A stretch of DNA of 59,632 nucleotides from a virus: IMG/VR virus record IMGVR_UViG_3300046501_000385. One strand, 5' to 3'. The notes below the pieces were generated by a model. That model was given only the letters and a program-made list of their open reading frames with translations, was not told the DNA's origin and made no database searches. Below, in pieces: positions 58,557-59,632 of the stretch. Position numbers and translations under genes: made by a program. The number at the start of each line of letters is the position of its first letter. Position 1 is the first letter of the stretch.

Positions 58557-59632
58557 ATGGCTGGACTTACAGACGTTCAACTCCGAAAAGCCGGAAAAAA
58601 GGAAAAGGCCTACCGGATCGCCGACACCGGTGGTCTTTATCTTTTCGTCACGACAGCCGGCGCGAAGGTCTGGCGGCTCCGCTATCGTTACGATGGGAAA
58701 GAGCAAACCCTCATCATAGGCAACTACCCGGATGTGTCCTTGAGCGACGCGCGCAACGCTCGCGATGATGCAAAGCGGCTGCTGAAAGAAGGACGCCATC
58801 CCGGCACCGTGAAGAAGATCGAAAAGCTTGTGGGGCAGCAGCGTACGGGCGAGACGTTCGAAGTGATCGCCCGCGAATGGCATCAGCACCAAGTACCCAT
58901 GTGGGCGGAGCGGCATTCGGCTGACGTCATCGGCTCGCTCGAGAGTGACATATTCCCTGCCCTCGGCTCGCTCCCGATCAGGGACATCAATGAACAACTG
59001 GTCCTGGCGACGTTGCGCCTGGTCGAGCAGCGCGGCGCCAAGGAGACGGCGCGCAGACTGCGGCAGCGGATGTCGGCGGTCTTTGTCTATGGGATCGCGT
59101 CCGGCCGCGCCAGCTCGGACCCTGCCGCCGTCGTCGCCCAGGCGATGGCGCCGCTGACCAAGGGACGGCAACCGGCCATTACCAAGCTCGAGGAAGCGCT
59201 GAAGATGCTGCGAGCGGTCGAGAGCACGCCCGCCCACCCTATCACGAAGCTAGGCATTCGCCTGCTAGCCCTCACTGCAGCTCGTCCAGGACCATTCTCG
59301 ACTACCCCGTGGAGCGAGTTCGACGAGGTTGACCCCAACGACCCGGTTTGGACGATCCCGGCAGCGCGCATGAAGCTGAAGAAGAAATTCAAGGATGACG
59401 AGAACCGCGATCATTTCATCCCGCTGTCGCAACAGGCGCTCGAGACCATCAGCGTATTGCGGGAACTGACCGGCCGGGGGCCCTACGTATTCCCCAACGC
59501 CCGAAAGCCCATGAAGCCGATGAGCGAGAACGCGCTGGGTTACCTTCTGAACCGTGCTGGCTACTATCAGCGCCAAGTCCCCCACGGCTTCCGTTCGACC
59601 TTCAGCACCATCATGAACGAACGATTCCCCGC
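58557..59632 (+). CDS. int: Tyrosine integrase, N-terminal and core part (P4-type, DUF4102-like arm-binding N-domain); runs off the window end and continues at 128..347
   Basis: MAGLTDVQLRKAGKKEKAYRIADTGGLYLFVTTAGAKVWRLRYRYDGKEQTLIIGNYPDVSLSDARNARDDAK is the classic P4-integrase N-terminus. The joined gene would be 431 codons. Confidence 0.85.
   Translation, partial: MAGLTDVQLRKAGKKEKAYRIADTGGLYLFVTTAGAKVWRLRYRYDGKEQTLIIGNYPDVSLSDARNARDDAKRLLKEGRHPGTVKKIEKLVGQQRTGETFEVIAREWHQHQVPMWAERHSADVIGSLESDIFPALGSLPIRDINEQLVLATLRLVEQRGAKETARRLRQRMSAVFVYGIASGRASSDPAAVVAQAMAPLTKGRQPAITKLEEALKMLRAVESTPAHPITKLGIRLLALTAARPGPFSTTPWSEFDEVDPNDPVWTIPAARMKLKKKFKDDENRDHFIPLSQQALETISVLRELTGRGPYVFPNARKPMKPMSENALGYLLNRAGYYQRQVPHGFRSTFSTIMNERFP
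59506..59632. repeat. Terminal overlap copy B (identical to 1..127)
   Basis: Same 127-nt string as the window start. The offset of 59505 is a multiple of 3, so the integrase frame is preserved. Confidence 0.95.

Larger units (their letters stand above)
1..59632. mobile_element. Complete circularly permuted temperate phage / excised prophage genome (unique length about 59,505 bp)
   Basis: Exact 127-nt identity of the two window ends. Integrase, excisionase, CI/Cro switch, terminase, portal, capsid, tail and lysis modules are all present with no flanking host genes. Confidence 0.8.

Noticed and set aside
58473-59237. 254-aa minus-strand ORF overlapping the integrase gene
   Set aside because: The plus-strand frame encodes an unmistakable P4-type integrase. 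The antisense ORF is a GC-shadow.

Overview
The window is a complete, circularly permuted temperate phage or excised prophage genome of about 59.5 kb. Its first 127 nt are identical to its last 127 nt, and a P4-type tyrosine integrase gene is split across the two ends. It is GC-rich. A DUF982 gene, a GapR-like gene and a rhizobial-style initiator tRNA suggest an alphaproteobacterial (Rhizobiales-like) host. Layout, in window order: integrase 3' part; a minus-strand lysis cassette (GH19 endolysin, overlapped i/o-spanins, holin); a plus-strand virion module at 2.1-13.9 kb (N4 gp56/DUF4043-type capsid, tail fibre, nozzle-like protein, internal proteins); a 1.5-kb accessory island with two RHH regulators and two secreted proteins; one 15.2-kb gene (15407..30565, minus); a DUF982 pair; a long minus-strand operon running Cro, early genes (GapR-like, C5-methylase-like, DUF1376), TerS, TerL, portal, scaffold, a CsrA-like mini-ORF, an initiator-type tRNA and a TAXI-like binding-protein cassette; then CI plus a periplasmic ClpP-like protein; a tightly coupled rightward early operon (N6-methylase, XRE, HD, Gp37/Gp68, DHH, GNAT-like); and AlpA/Xis with the integrase 5' part. 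The main finding is the 15.2-kb gene, about a quarter of the genome. It encodes a protein of about 5,050 aa that appears to fuse a podovirus-style ejection protein (N-terminal SleB-like and M15 murein hydrolases, C-terminal PLxRFG and transmembrane module) with a DarB-like N6-methylase plus SNF2 helicase, a JAB peptidase motif and candidate pyrophosphatase-like and ADP-ribosyltransferase-like modules. Other findings include a 17-bp palindromic operator found at three promoter regions, an apparently leaderless CI/Cro switch, a phage-borne initiator tRNA next to a CsrA-like ORF missing from the ORF track, and candidate attP and ori repeats. All functional calls come from reading motifs by eye. 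No searches were run. No CRISPR array, rRNA or reverse transcriptase was seen.
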